A stretch of DNA of 62,477 nucleotides, counting the filler, from Choristocarpus tenellus KU-1152 (taxonomy: Eukaryota; Protista; Phaeophyceae), in assembly GCA_964200185.2 (NCBI GenBank). It is 11 parts of 11 records of this genome, joined end to end, with 100 filler letters (N's around TTAATTAATTAA, not from the genome) between each part and the next. Parts side by side here need not be neighbours in the genome. Positions count along the whole stretch, not along the records: positions 35,219 to 38,633 come from CAXNAD020020197.1; positions 38,734 to 46,980 come from CAXNAD020004940.1; positions 47,081 to 52,539 come from CAXNAD020010718.1; 8 more parts are not named here. The stretch is one strand, 5' to 3'. Below are positions 37,413-50,485 of this stretch, in pieces. A program made the position numbers and the translations under genes. The first letter of the stretch is position 1. Each line of letters starts with the position of its first letter. A model generated the notes under the pieces. It was not told the DNA's origin and made no database searches. It saw only the letters and a list, made by a program, of their open reading frames with translations.

Positions 37413-38577
37413 GGTCATCCTACTGCCTCTTACATGGCCATGAGTCATGAGGACTCGCAATCTTCAATACTAAATGCATCCCTCCATAAATGTTTATCCT
37501 TCGAAGGTGGCGGGGGGGAGATATGCTTGTTGCCTTTGCGAGCCCTTTCTGTGCACACAGCGGCAGAAATAGACCCAGAGGAGGGGGCATGTATCCATTG
37601 ACGTGTGTAGAGGAGCAAGCCCTGGCCCTTCCAGGTGTACTATCATTAGAGTATTTCAATACACGTGGATAATTTTGTGTGTTTGTGTATTCTTGGAAGC
37701 CTTACAGCAATCAGTGCTCACTTCCCTTCACTTCGAGAGTTCTGCTGAGCACCTTACCTTACACTTATGGATCTGGATTTTACTTTCAACTCGAAAAAGG
37801 TGCTATCAACAGGCATACAGAAGGTGGTAGGATGGTGGGGTTGATCTCTCCTTATACACTGGCAATTTCCTTAAAAAGACGACAAAGTGGTGGCCATGGA
37901 GTGTGTGTGATGTGAACTCCTATTTTCGTCTCCTTATGTATAGACTGGAAACTATGATGTGGTATGGGCAGTCCGTTTTTTGGTTGTTTTCTGAATCAAG
38001 GTTTTGTCGACATTTCGACCAGTATTCCCAACAGGAAGAGAGCATTCGTGTTGGAGTATTCCAAACTATAACTGGTACAGGACATAATTCAAAGTAGATA
38101 CTGCGTGTGTCGGAATAGCAGTGAATGAGTTTGTTTCATCCATTTTATTATCCTTACGTAAGTATTTGTAAGAGCAACATTTCTCCTTGATCAAAGCAAC
38201 TTCATCGCTATAATAGCTCTCGTCAAAACTGGAACGAAAATGCGGAAGTGCATGTGATGGTTTATTGTGCGTCAACAGGGGGCGATTTCGACAGAGTTAC
38301 ACAGTCTTTACCATATCGCTGCTTGTCCGCAGTAATTGCAGTTTTGGCAAGAAAATGCTATGCAAAGCATGGTGGGGAGATGTGAAGGGAGGCATGCATT
38401 GAAGGAATGGGCGAAAAGAAACAGTAAAGATTAGTTTGAGTTGTTCTGAACTGTAAGAGCAGGAATGGTGTAATACAACTATTTTTATTTTTTGGAAGTG
38501 AATGCGCAATAGACGGGGTCTGCTGTAGAATCGTGTAGCTTAGCTTAATGTTGTCTCAAGCATCAAGTGCCAGTTCA

Positions 38578-38633
38578 GAGTCAAAGTATCTTAGAGGGTA
38601 GAGCTTCGTCCATTTGGGGGTCAAAATCCAATG
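38578..38633. mobile_element. MITE family A, partial (contig end)
   Basis: GAGTCAAAGTATCT, 16 nt, GTCCATTTGGGG. Confidence 0.9.
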
Positions 38634-38889
38634 NNNNNNNNNNNNNNNNNNNNNNNNNNNNNNNNNNNNNNNNNNNNTTAATTAATTAANNNNNNNNNNN
38701 NNNNNNNNNNNNNNNNNNNNNNNNNNNNNNNNNAAACTGTCACACACGGATATCAGAATCCGTAAATTGACGGTCTCTCATCTCCCCACCCAAATCAGAA
38801 GCATCTCTCTTCTCATGCATTCACCTACTCAACCATTACTACATACAGTTTCACAAAACAATAATAAAAAATAAGAAATACCACCCCTA

Positions 38890-41800
38890 AACAACGCCAT
38901 GAATTATCAGCCACCAGGAAGGTAGAAAAGGATTCGATACAAACAACCCTGGGCACAGCTGCAAGATTTCACGCTTCCTTGTTCCACTTGCCATACAACC
39001 CCACCAACCACAGACACACAACAATGCCCGCAGCACCACCATAAGCCCCTTCTCATGCAATTGTCCCCTGGAGTGACTTGACTTTGAAACAACACAAGGT
39101 GGCACTACGCCTGTCACCATCGGACCCTCTCCAACAAACCATTCAAATCTACTGCCTGCACCTGTACACCTCACAAACAGAGATTCCGGTATTGAGAAGC
39201 ATCATTTCATCCCCATGAGCCGGTGAGCACAACTCTACTGGTCTTTCATGCTTGTACACAGCACCCTGTCGAGCTCGAGCTTAGCCTCCTCACTGGCCTG
39301 TAGCAAGCAGAAGGAGCCAAACATCGTTCAGGGTAGCACATGTGCCAACTAAGGCGCCAAGCTTGACTTTTGTCTACTAAACCTTTCTAAGCATTGGGGA
39401 TGGAAGACTGCAAGAACAAAAACATCTGCACAATAGAACGAGAATAGGTCTCCCCTCCTTTCTTACATCAGAGTCCTCTCAAGGGGGTTTCACTCAATCT
39501 ACAAAAAAAACTTCAAGTGCCGGAAATCGGTGCAAAAGGTGCTCCCATATACACCAACCAAATGAACCAAATATACTTGCCTGTCCCAGCAACCAATGTA
39601 ATACGGAATCTGTCCAAGAAAATGCATGCACTGGGTTATCACCTGCCTACAGCACTGGACCAAGAACATCTGCTCCAGAGTACTGAAGTATGCTGGTAAC
39701 ACAGTGGGTACAGTACCAAACAAACAAGAAAATTCACAATGCCCATCCTTCAACTCCAATCTCCCACACCCTCTACCCATCCCTATTCATTACACAACAA
39801 ACGAGGACTATACCCACCTATTTGACTTGGTCTAAGACCCCAGGATTGAAGCAACAACCTCGAAATTGAAAAGATAATATCAGTCATAGGTTTTGTGATG
39901 AAAAATCATGTTGTGAATCCCCATGAAGATGAAGCACTCATATCATGTGGGCTACTACAGCCATTTCTAACATATACAACTCCAAGAGTGACCAATGCCT
40001 GGTCCAAAGTCAGTCTGTCACGTGTGAACACCGGTAACATGAAAGTTCTTAATTGGTCAACGAGACTCAGCCTTTTGTCCTGCCAAATATTTTGCTTGCA
40101 AGTGTGGTGGGAATGTTCTGAGATCACACCACCTCATCAATTGGAAAGGCTGGTACACATACTTCAACAAAGGACACCCTAACCTATCAACAGGGCTACA
40201 CCGTAGCTCACCTCCGAGATTGGTTGGAAAGTACATGGGATACCAACCAGAGTGGACACCATGGACACTACCATCTTGCCCACTGTAGAGTGTTGGTCCA
40301 CCAAGACTTCGTAGTGCCCTCCTCGGTGGAAGCTTTGCAGCCCTTCAACAGTGAGGATTGGCTGACCCTTGAGGCATGGCTTCAATGGACATGTGGGGAT
40401 GGAGTACACCTAGAGAGACAAGGAGGCATGAGATTAAGGGGTGCCCCCGGAGAGAGAGGTGACAAGGTGTGAGTCTAAGGAAAGGATTTAACTATGAAAC
40501 CAAGAGGGCATGGGGAGGCCAGGGCGGTTCCTTGCCTTGAAGCCATTGCCAGAGAGGTGAGAGGCATTGACCTTCAAGCCAAGAACCCATGCCAATGCAC
40601 TCCCTTCACCACTTGCATATGGCGTGGCATCGTGACATAGTGTCCTAGTCCCCAGCACCTCCTCGTCGTGCTCACTCTGGGAACCCTATACATGTCCAAA
40701 GTTCATGAGTCATGATATCATCAATAAGGCCAGAAGGATATCAGAGTTCAATGGGCTATGGAGATACATATGGCAAAACGGGCAACGCTTAAGAATTGGC
40801 TAGGAGTTGCTTTGGCTCCATACTTGGGCAACAGACTCACAATACACTGGCCACGGTCCTTGAGGAGGTACAACCCCTCTAGTTGCAGCATCCTGGCAAC
40901 AATGATCAACCCCCGGTCAATGCTACCATCATCTCCAATCAATGTCTTGAGGATTATGCGGGCTGAATCCACCCCGCCTTCCTCCTCTTCAACAAAGATG
41001 AGAAATGCCTCAGTCATGGCAAGGTCGTCATGGTACTTCTTCTCAAGGCACAAGTTGGGAAAAAATAACAGGGACGGGGAAGGAGGGAGGGTTCCAGGTT
41101 ATCTCAACAGGTTTCCTACCTGTTCAGTGTAAGCCATAGTAGCAGTACTATTCGAACCTCAAACTGTCACTGTAATACCTTGTAATGACAGAAATACAAA
41201 TAATTCATCCATAGCAGGACAAACGAATTCTGGCCCATCAAACTGTGACTTTCATGGTCAACTGCCCTTGATGCAACACTTATGCACCTGGTGTCATGCA
41301 TGATGCTACAGGTATGGGACGAAAATACCTACTTCATCACCTGAGATGTCACTACTTGGAGAAGAATTTACAATCTACCTCAGAATTACAGGTCTATGGG
41401 CATCTATCATGATACAGTAACATGTTTGTAGATCTTCATCTCCTACACAAACATCAAGTGGGAAGAGATATTACCATGGTAGGGTGATCCTTTTAGAACA
41501 ACAAAGATCTGTTCTTAGTAGAATACACCTACTCCATCCTAGTCCCCAGTAAAGTGAGAAAAAGAACTTCTACCCCATTACAAAACACCTTACAAACGTA
41601 CACACCAAACCTTACCCTTCAACCCAGCCCTGATCACCACCATCAGACACCTTCCCCACATGCATCAAAAAGGATCAATGAGAGATCCACGTTTAGAAAT
41701 TTACAACTGTGAACTAGAGTGCTGCCAGCCGTCTGCATGCTCATCCTCTTGAAATAATGCACGTCTGCCTTCCTCCTCTCCCACCCCAACAAGGAATATT

Positions 41801-44800
41801 CGTACTGGACACACAATTCAAAGAACTAATGGGTCCCTAACAGCCCTCAGATCCTCAACTCAAGAATAAAATGGTAAACAACACCACCAACTACTCCTCT
41901 CAGTTCTGGCACGTATGCAATGATGGATGGAGCACCTCAATCACACTATCTGAAGACTCCAATGCCTTGGTGAGTGTTGTCCGTATCTTTTGCAAGATCC
42001 AAGGGTAGTTGGGGCCCCTCATCACAACACCCATCACGGCACAGAATATCTCTGTTCTGTAGTAGCAATTGCCATCCCCTGCACAGGGGATGACAAGGTG
42101 TCCATGTCGGTCCCACCAAGGAGACTTGAAGCCAGGGAGCCGCTTCCAGTTATGCACCGGGTCAATAAACCCATTCAGCCATTCCAACCTCTGGTGCAAG
42201 GGCAGGGAGGGAGAAGACAAGGCAGTGTCACACCATGGCTAGTCTGGAAGATGGTCAAGAGCTACAACAAGAAGTGCCGCCTTGTCTGTGTTGCATCCTG
42301 GAGTATGTGCATATAGTAGCAGTTACATATGGCTTCCATAGACTGCTCTTGACATTCCGTTGGAGGACCTCCTTTCATTCTACATGAGAAAGCTTGATGA
42401 ATCCTTCCAAGTACCAAATAATAGGCAGAGCATGTGATAACAAAACTGGTACTTATTGTGCCTTCAAACCAGTGCAAAGTTTCACAAATCTCATCCACAT
42501 CTATCTCTACATACAGTACCCACCCCACTAGAGTGAGAGGTGTTGCCAATGATGGACTAAAATATTTTCCCCACCTTCAATGTGGCCACATACCAGATGT
42601 ACAGCCCTGCTGCAAGCAAGTCATAGATCATGGGTAATGTGATCATTTCAATGCAAGATTACCATCATTCAATTCACTTTTTAGGAGCAGCTAAAAGTCT
42701 CGTACATGATCTGATCCCCACAACATCACCTACGTAGCACAACAACGTTTTTCTATCAAAGCCACATGTGCAATAAATCCATTTGGGATGTACAGATCAA
42801 CCAACATTCTGACCAAGCAATACCTGCAACCTCCACCCACTGCACCTGCTTGCCACTGTTGCTTGGAGGTGAACTCGTCCCTATTTCCCCTCTTCCCACT
42901 TCTCCACAACCCCCCAGTCCATTCATTTCTCCATCAATGTCCCCACTCCTATCATCATCCCAATCTCCCTTGTCTCCCTCACTCAAGCCATTCATATTAT
43001 CTCCCACACCTCCCCCATCACCCTCACTTGATCCACCTCCACCATCGCTCCCATCCAAGTCACCTCCCCCATCAACCCCACTTGAGCCCCCTTCACCATC
43101 ACTCCCATCCAAGTCACTGCCCCCTTCTCCACCATCTGGGCCACCTCCACTATCACGCCCATCCAAGTCATCACCCCCATCTCCACCACCTGAGTAAATT
43201 TTCCCCTCATTTGCAGACATGGACATTGCCCTTGCCCGCAGTTTGTTCCTCATCTTCAGGGGAAGCCTCCGCTTCTTCTTTCCTTTGGTGCTCTTCTTCT
43301 CCAGAATGCACCACTCATCATCCCTCCCATTTGCTCCGGGAGCAGCCACAGAGGAACCACCACCTGAGTCGACGATCTGTGCCACATCATGTGAGAAAGT
43401 TGAACTGTGTCCATGCATACTCTGCTGTAAGAAGAGCAAAGAAATCATGTAGGGACATGAGAGTTTAGAAGGAAGGTAATCATGTGGTGTCATTCCATCA
43501 AAATGGTTCCTTGCCAAAGGGAAGTATGGGGCTATGTGGCGATACAAACTTTACACGACACTGGTCGGCTCATGTGATGTACTAACTATTATTGTACTTC
43601 TTATCTTCCTCTTAGTCTGAAAACTATTCCGACCTGTGGTCAGAGGCACTACACACACCATTAATCTTCATACTCGGAGTACTAAGGCAAGCAACTGCAC
43701 ATGAGAAAATCATGGCAATCATATTGAACCATCAGGGTGCCTAACAACAATGTCACAGTTGAGATTACAGCACACTCAAACCAATAACAAAAAGGCAACC
43801 AGAAGCTACCAAGCCTACTCTTATGGCCATCACCAATCAAGGAACTGCTATGTATGATTATTTTGAACAAGAATAAAGCAGTAAATGGACAATCATTTTC
43901 ATTTTGTTACAAGAATCCAATAATACCCCCTCAACTAACTACACCTCCCTAAGATTTATGTTGTGTTGCTACCCCACCTTCCCACTACATACACGTTCTG
44001 TCAACCGATCCCTTTGTAGGAGACTGTGCCAGGAGGGGACCTTCCTGTCATACAGAAATTGGCTGTGGGATACCCAAGAGTGGAGTCCAATGCTATTGCT
44101 GTACAGATGGTCGAGGTCCCTGCTGCACTAGAGGAGACTGACCTACTAGTACCAGCCACTACTGAGACATTTTTCTCCTCTGATGATGAAGATTGGACTA
44201 CTGTCACTTTCCAGAGGGCAAAGTTGAGGTGGGTACTTCCATTTTTGGTTTTCCCTTGCCTCATTCTTCTATTGTCATTGTACATGACAAACAAGAAAAT
44301 CAGGTGAGGGGATATCAACAAGAAGTAACAGTACTCACCTCAGGAGAAGGCTCTGGTAGAGTGACATCAGTCGCACTATCACCAATCGAGGTAAGAGGAC
44401 CCTCATCAGCACCCGTTACAACTATCACAGTCTCTTCTACCACACCAGGTTCCTCAACCATCTGTAGCTCAAAAGACATGGGTTCCAACAGCGACATATG
44501 TCCAGAAGGGGTCAATGGTTGCAAAATTCTTAGTGACCAGTTCAAATGTGTTTATGTTTCGACCATGGAAAGCCATTCCTCCTCCCACAAACCATTTGTG
44601 TTGCCATATCACTCTCCTCTCCCCACCCACCAGACATGAAACCTTTGTATTATCTCAACAGCCACTTTTGCAGGACAGAGTCTTACTCTAGAATATTTCT
44701 GCATCCAGACCTGCACTGTTTTTCACTAGGAAACCTGTGATATTGAGATAATCTGAAGCACACATAGAATTTGAAGGTGCCACCAGTAGCTAGGTTTCTC

Positions 44801-46900
44801 TTTCCAATCAGGGATGTCAATTAAACTAACCTCTGTAAGATCCTTTGTTTCCAGCATCTAGTGATGACCCGCCAAAGGATGAAAAATTCCAAACACCTAC
44901 ATACCACTCACATTATGCACATTATACAAAATAGCAAGGATCGATCCAACAATAAACCAATCTGCCCATTTGGCTGGTGTAAACTCAAGCCCTTTCTATT
45001 TCGTAGTACATTCAAATAGCAGATGGAAAAGCTTCCCAATGTATACAAAACACAATATTTCAGACCCACCAAGCATGAATTGAGATGTGTTGGTGCTGCC
45101 ACAGCCTCCTCTATTGCAGCGGGGATTGTATCCACCTGTGCCTCAACAGCACAAGTCTCAACAGCACAAGTCTCAAGAACTGGAGTCTGGATGACACCAG
45201 ACTCGACATCACTGTCCTTAACTCCTGGAAACTCCGCAACTGAAGTCTCAGGGGCAGGAAGGTCTCTATCCAGAACAATCTCCTGCAAAAGTAGCCAACA
45301 TTCAAACAATTCAAAGGTAATAGGAGGGTGGGCGAGAAAGGAGGGTGAGGTGGTAATGCAAATGAAATCAGTGGGAGGAGTAATTGTTGGGATCCACAGA
45401 GTTTGACTTGATAAACACTGGTGCTGCCACAGCCTCCTCTAACCTCTTTTGCTGCAGTTGGGATAAAATGTGGGGTGATTTGTAGTTCCTGGAAGGCTAG
45501 GTTAATTGATATATCTACGTATCTGACCAAAGTCAGTGCACAACACGATATCTTGTCCACAGAGCATACCTATAATCAGGATGTGGTGGGCTGTCAAACA
45601 TTGTGATAACACTCTTTTAATGGGGCAAAGATTTGCAAGATGATCTGTTCAATAAGACTAGTGGGACCTCAAAGTTGACAAAATCAGAGGCTGTGGGATC
45701 AAATCCCCCCTGGACCCATTTCCCACCTCCCTGTGGCAGAAGGATGAATATACCATATGGAGGGGAGGATCTGGGGTACAGGACGCTCTGCATAAAAAAT
45801 ACTGAAATATTTATTGCCCCACTGATACAAGCTATTCTTCTCCCACCACTGATACAAGCTATGCCCACACCTTTGAATCCACACACGCCTTTTCCCCCAT
45901 ACTCTATTGCCGAAGCTTCCAGAACCACTCTATCTTTATTTTATCCTCCCCCCAGGCTACAGTTTTTGGGAAATCATCAAAATGAGTGTGTTGGAGACGA
46001 TTCCCTATATTCTCAGCATCATCTTGAAGGGTAATGTAGACTTGAGGCGAGGCTGCTGTAAGCAATTCTCAACCTTTAGCTGAGCTGCAAGCCATTGCAC
46101 CTCATCAAGGTGCATGTGTGGTACTGCATTCATACCAAACAGCATAAGTGCCAAACCAAATTTGTAGACAGGGTGAGAAAGCAGCAGAACTTGTACAAAA
46201 AAGAGGTTGAGACCTGACCCTAACCCTGCACATCCAAATAAAAATACAATAGTCTTTGATAAAATCAAACTCTTCTTACACAACCTCTGTGTGAGCTAGT
46301 ACTGTGCTGAATGCACAGTGCCATGATGTTTGTCCTGAATTTCAAGGGAGAGGAAAGCCATAGAATGACAAACAAGGATCACAATAATAACCAAAAAACA
46401 ACGATCAGAAAAAAGTGTAAAAATGGTAGAAGATAATTGCAACTACGATGTTTTTTCCTCTTTTTCCTATCAGTTTATCTGGTGTTTCTGTTATGATAGT
46501 GCAAAGTGTACCTCTGACTCTGTAGCTTAGACTGGGTAGTATTACGCCAGCTAACAGGACACAACAACACACATTGAAGTCATACACATCCTAGTGCCTC
46601 CCAAATACTATCTACTCCCCACCTCGTTGTGTAGATCACCATCACCATCACCATCACCAATCAAACCAGGTTCAATGTCACCAGAAAGCCTGGACTCAAT
46701 GTCAACAGAATCCCTCCACATGATTAGAAACCTTGTCCACAGGGTCATCAAGGTCTTGGCAACAACAGGGTCCCTCCACAGAAACCCATTCCAAAGGAAC
46801 CTCATGGCCTCCCTAGCAACAGGGCTGTTCAGCAGGAACTTTGTGGCCTCTTTCTGAATACTCACCCATGGAGCTTGCTTGGATCTTGTAGGAAAGGGAA
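38890..46900 (-). pseudogene. Decayed multi-exon gene with an OTU/otubain-like cysteine protease domain (possibly transposon-borne)
   Basis: Cys motif IPCAGDGNCYYR (~42055-42090), helix SALAWVLGLKV (~40570-40605) and His motif SFHRGGHYEVL (~40300-40335) in the correct order. Many exon-like blocks carry in-frame TAG/TGA and frameshifts; strongly CpG-depleted. Outer limits approximate. Confidence 0.6.
42960..43195 (-). repeat. Gly/Asp-rich coding-type minisatellite
   Basis: Repeated DLDG(R/S)DG(E/G)GG units; plus-strand CCCATCCAAGTCA x3. Confidence 0.75.
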
Positions 46901-48424
46901 GGGAGGGAGAACCAGAGCAAACTCGATGTCATCAAGTCTACAGCTCTAAATTGGGAAGGGCCCTTCAGGAATAGGGGGGGNNNNNNNNNNNNNNNNNNNN
47001 NNNNNNNNNNNNNNNNNNNNNNNNTTAATTAATTAANNNNNNNNNNNNNNNNNNNNNNNNNNNNNNNNNNNNNNNNNNNNATCGGTACCACGGTATAACG
47101 GTATATGACATACGGCAATAACAGTATAATAACAGACAAACATGCTTTCCACAGATACTTCCTTTGTTAACTTTCAAAATCAGTTTGAACAGGTTGTTGT
47201 GTGGATGAGGAAAAATACGCATTGGGAAGGCTTTTCTTCGCAGCAGGTTTCTTAGAAATGGGTCGACTAAGTCAGATTTCGCTGAGATTGTACAATATAA
47301 CACATCAGAATGGGTTCTTGCAAGACATCCCTCCCCAAATAATGGAAATTTGATATCATTTTGCGCATTTATAATCTGCCCTGCAAACTGTTCGAATTGA
47401 TGCTGAGCAGAGGAAGTATGTATCATGTATGTGTACATGCCCCCGAGCCAAAAACTGGTCTTCTTGTACTGTCAATAAGGTAGGACATGGTAAGTGAATT
47501 TGGCTGTTCATTCTTGGCTTTGTGAAACAACCAAGAAACCTATGATGGCACGCATGCAGCTCAAACTACCCCCAGAATGACACTATGAAGGCGGTTTACT
47601 ACAAAGAAGGGAAGGATCCCACGACATTGTCAAGCTTTGTATCCTTTGCCTATTTAGTGTCTCCAGCGTGAAGTGCATGACACTCCTTGAAATCGTCACT
47701 TGTGCTGTGATGGACACAATCAGTTGCAGGCATGCCTTCATTTCTCCCATCATCCTGCAGAAAACCCTCCTCACCATACCACCCACTATGTGGTTGTGTG
47801 CCATCAAGGAGTCGCTCTGCCTGTGTGGCGAGACACCTGAAGCTTTTGCCCCTCGAAGGCATTAAGGTTGAAACTATGAGGAGGGTCAATAGATCTCTTG
47901 CAGTCTGTATCGCTTACAATAATATAGAGTTTCCATTAACCAACAGAAAATCAATTGCAGCGTAACTATGTGAAAAATAAAATCTCAACTCCGTCCACAC
48001 TAGAAACCAATATAATATGTAACAGTGTGCTCGCTGCTGTAGATGGGTGCAAAGCACACTTAAGACGAAACTAATGATCAGTTAGTGTCAGCAATACAGA
48101 CCCTGTCGAGTGTTTGTGTGTGTTTGTTGTATTCTCTGCCCTTGGATGTTCCTTCTTGTCCTCATCATAACAACATTTATCTACAGAATGGGAGTGGGCA
48201 AATTGCTGCACTTAGGAGAATGAGTACCTGTAGTATAGTATATATTACATGCACTGATAATTTTGTCATGCCACTGACATTTTGGAGATGGATGGATGGG
48301 TGATTTCAAGGTGTGCGTTGCATTTTAAGCTAGAGAGATCAGGCAATGGGCAAGACTCGTGGGATTCTTCCCTTGCTTCTAGAATGTAATGTCTTCATAT
48401 CTTCATAGTTTCAGTTTACTAGGA

Positions 48425-48605
48425 GGCTCAAAGTATCTGGTGGGGGGTGGTGGCTGTCTATTTGGGGTCAATTTTTTCATGTCGCGATTTTGGTGTGATT
48501 TGGTTGCATATGTCGGATGGATAATGTAATTGCACTTTTCCTGATTTTGGTCCAAATGGAAACCCTGGTGTAGACCCCCCTTCCTCCCCCCAGATACTTC
48601 GGGTC
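48425..48605. mobile_element. MITE family B, full length (181 bp)
   Basis: GGCTCAAAGTATCTGG ... CCAGATACTTCGGGTC; 4-bp duplication AGGA/AGGA. Confidence 0.93.
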
Positions 48606-49164
48606 AGGAGTGTAAAATGCAAAACAAACCTGGAAATGGGTTGTCCACATGGAGCTGGATTTGATATTTCCAAGGGGTCAAAAACCAGATACCAAGACAA
48701 ACTCAGAGATTATTGCATAATAGGCATCGCGTGAGGGGATGATGAGAAAGGTTGAAGTCGAAGGATCAGTGTTGTTATGGTTTTGAATCAGATACCGATG
48801 GTGGGTTCTATATTGACGACTAGTAAACGTATCTTCATGTAGCAACCATATTGTGAAATGATTGGGTGGAATGATGGGTTCACAGGGCCGAATGTGTAAG
48901 CAGGTTGAAGATTCGAATATTTAATAGTTTCAGCTGTACATATTTTGGTTAGTTTTCTTGTTTCTTGTTTTCAAATATTCTTAGACATCGCCTTTGTTTC
49001 TGTAAGCAATATATCCTCTGTTGTTCTTGTGTTTGTACTCTTTGCCTCATTGATTTTTGACGGGTATATTTTCTTTTTGTTCCCTCCTATATGACAATGT
49101 TATTTTTTGACCACAATAACGATGATATTGCACTAACTAGTATTTGAAATAGTGTATAATGTGA

Positions 49165-49348
49165 GACCCAAAGTATCTGGGGGGGGGGGCGGGGAGCTAC
49201 GCCAGAGTGTCCATTTATTTGAACCAGAACCAGGAAATGTGCACTTTCATTATCCATCCAACGTATGGAACCAAATCACCCCAAAATCGCGACATGAAAA
49301 AATTGGCCCCAAATGGATAGCCGCCACCCCCCCCAGATACTTTGAGCC
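49165..49348. mobile_element. MITE family B, full length
   Basis: GACCCAAAGTATCTGGG ... CCAGATACTTTGAGCC. Confidence 0.93.
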
Positions 49349-50485
49349 TAATTTTGTAGAGGATGAATTGACCCTGTCATGGAGGGAAAAATTATGCTTT
49401 TTGTAAGGTAAAGCCGAAGGCAACAAAAGATCATCACACAACAACATTATCTCAGTAAGAAATACTATTATCGAAGTCAACAGGACCCAATCGATGTGTT
49501 TTAATAACCAGACCGTGGTAATGTATGAACTTGGAAGTATAAATTGTACTATTTATAATGATTTTGGGGGGTGGGGTTAGGGTAAATATGGGTATTACTA
49601 GAGATATAGTGTATGAGGGGGTTTGGTTGTTAACGTATCAGTTGGACCCTCTTTCAACCTATATCCTAATGTTATATATAAGAACAGAGTGTAGTACTTA
49701 CACGAAATTCCCTAGAGCACCGGTTCTAACACAACATACATGAAACTCCTCCTCCTCCTGAACTGGTGATATGAAGGGCGTCTACAAATAAGGAAAGGGT
49801 TCCACAAATCTGTCAAGCCCTGTCCCACCACGTCGTGTCTCCAGGTTGAAGTGTATGATAACAACCCTAGAGATTGCCACTTCCACTTCCTTGTGGTGTT
49901 ACGAATTACACGATGTCTGTTCCATCCATCTACCGAATAATACGATGTGTTCTCGCGTCTTTGGTAACCATCTGCGAGCACACTGTTAATACGCAATAGT
50001 ATTTTTTTGTATACCCCTATTTATACGCGAGTTTAGTGAGACAGGACAAGATTATCAGTGAAGGAGGCGCCACCTGGCAAAATGCACGGAGAGATGAGGT
50101 CACGGTAGAGTTTAGGAGCATGCCCCTGACCCATCCGGGTTGAATGACAACATCTAACGTGATCCTTGCCTTCTGGGGAAGATTTCAGTCTAAGCGGGGT
50201 GATAGTATCCGCTCCTCCAAGTATGGTGCGCTCGTAGTCAAGTCTCCCCTAATAAGGTCCTTGGGAAGTACTCTGCAGGGGATCAAGCTGAGAAACTGAA
50301 TGTAGATCGCAAAGGATGTTCGTATCGGGACGTCTATAAATTGAATTCCCCTTCAGTCAGATCTTGTGTAAATCTTTATGTTATCTCCTTTCGAAGGATC
50401 TCTTGTCCTCCATAACACCTTCCTCTTTTTCTCCGACAATCACCACCACATGACCTTTGGACCCCGCTTCTTCATATCCACCCAG

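Noticed and set aside
42766-43468. Pro-rich and His-rich plus-strand ORFs (extensin-like)
   Set aside because: Alternative-frame readings of the low-complexity Gly/Asp repeat on the minus strand.
47081-47960. Possible transposase relic (HNH-containing ORF fragments) and CGGTA-rich contig start
   Set aside because: No collinear motif series could be established by eye.
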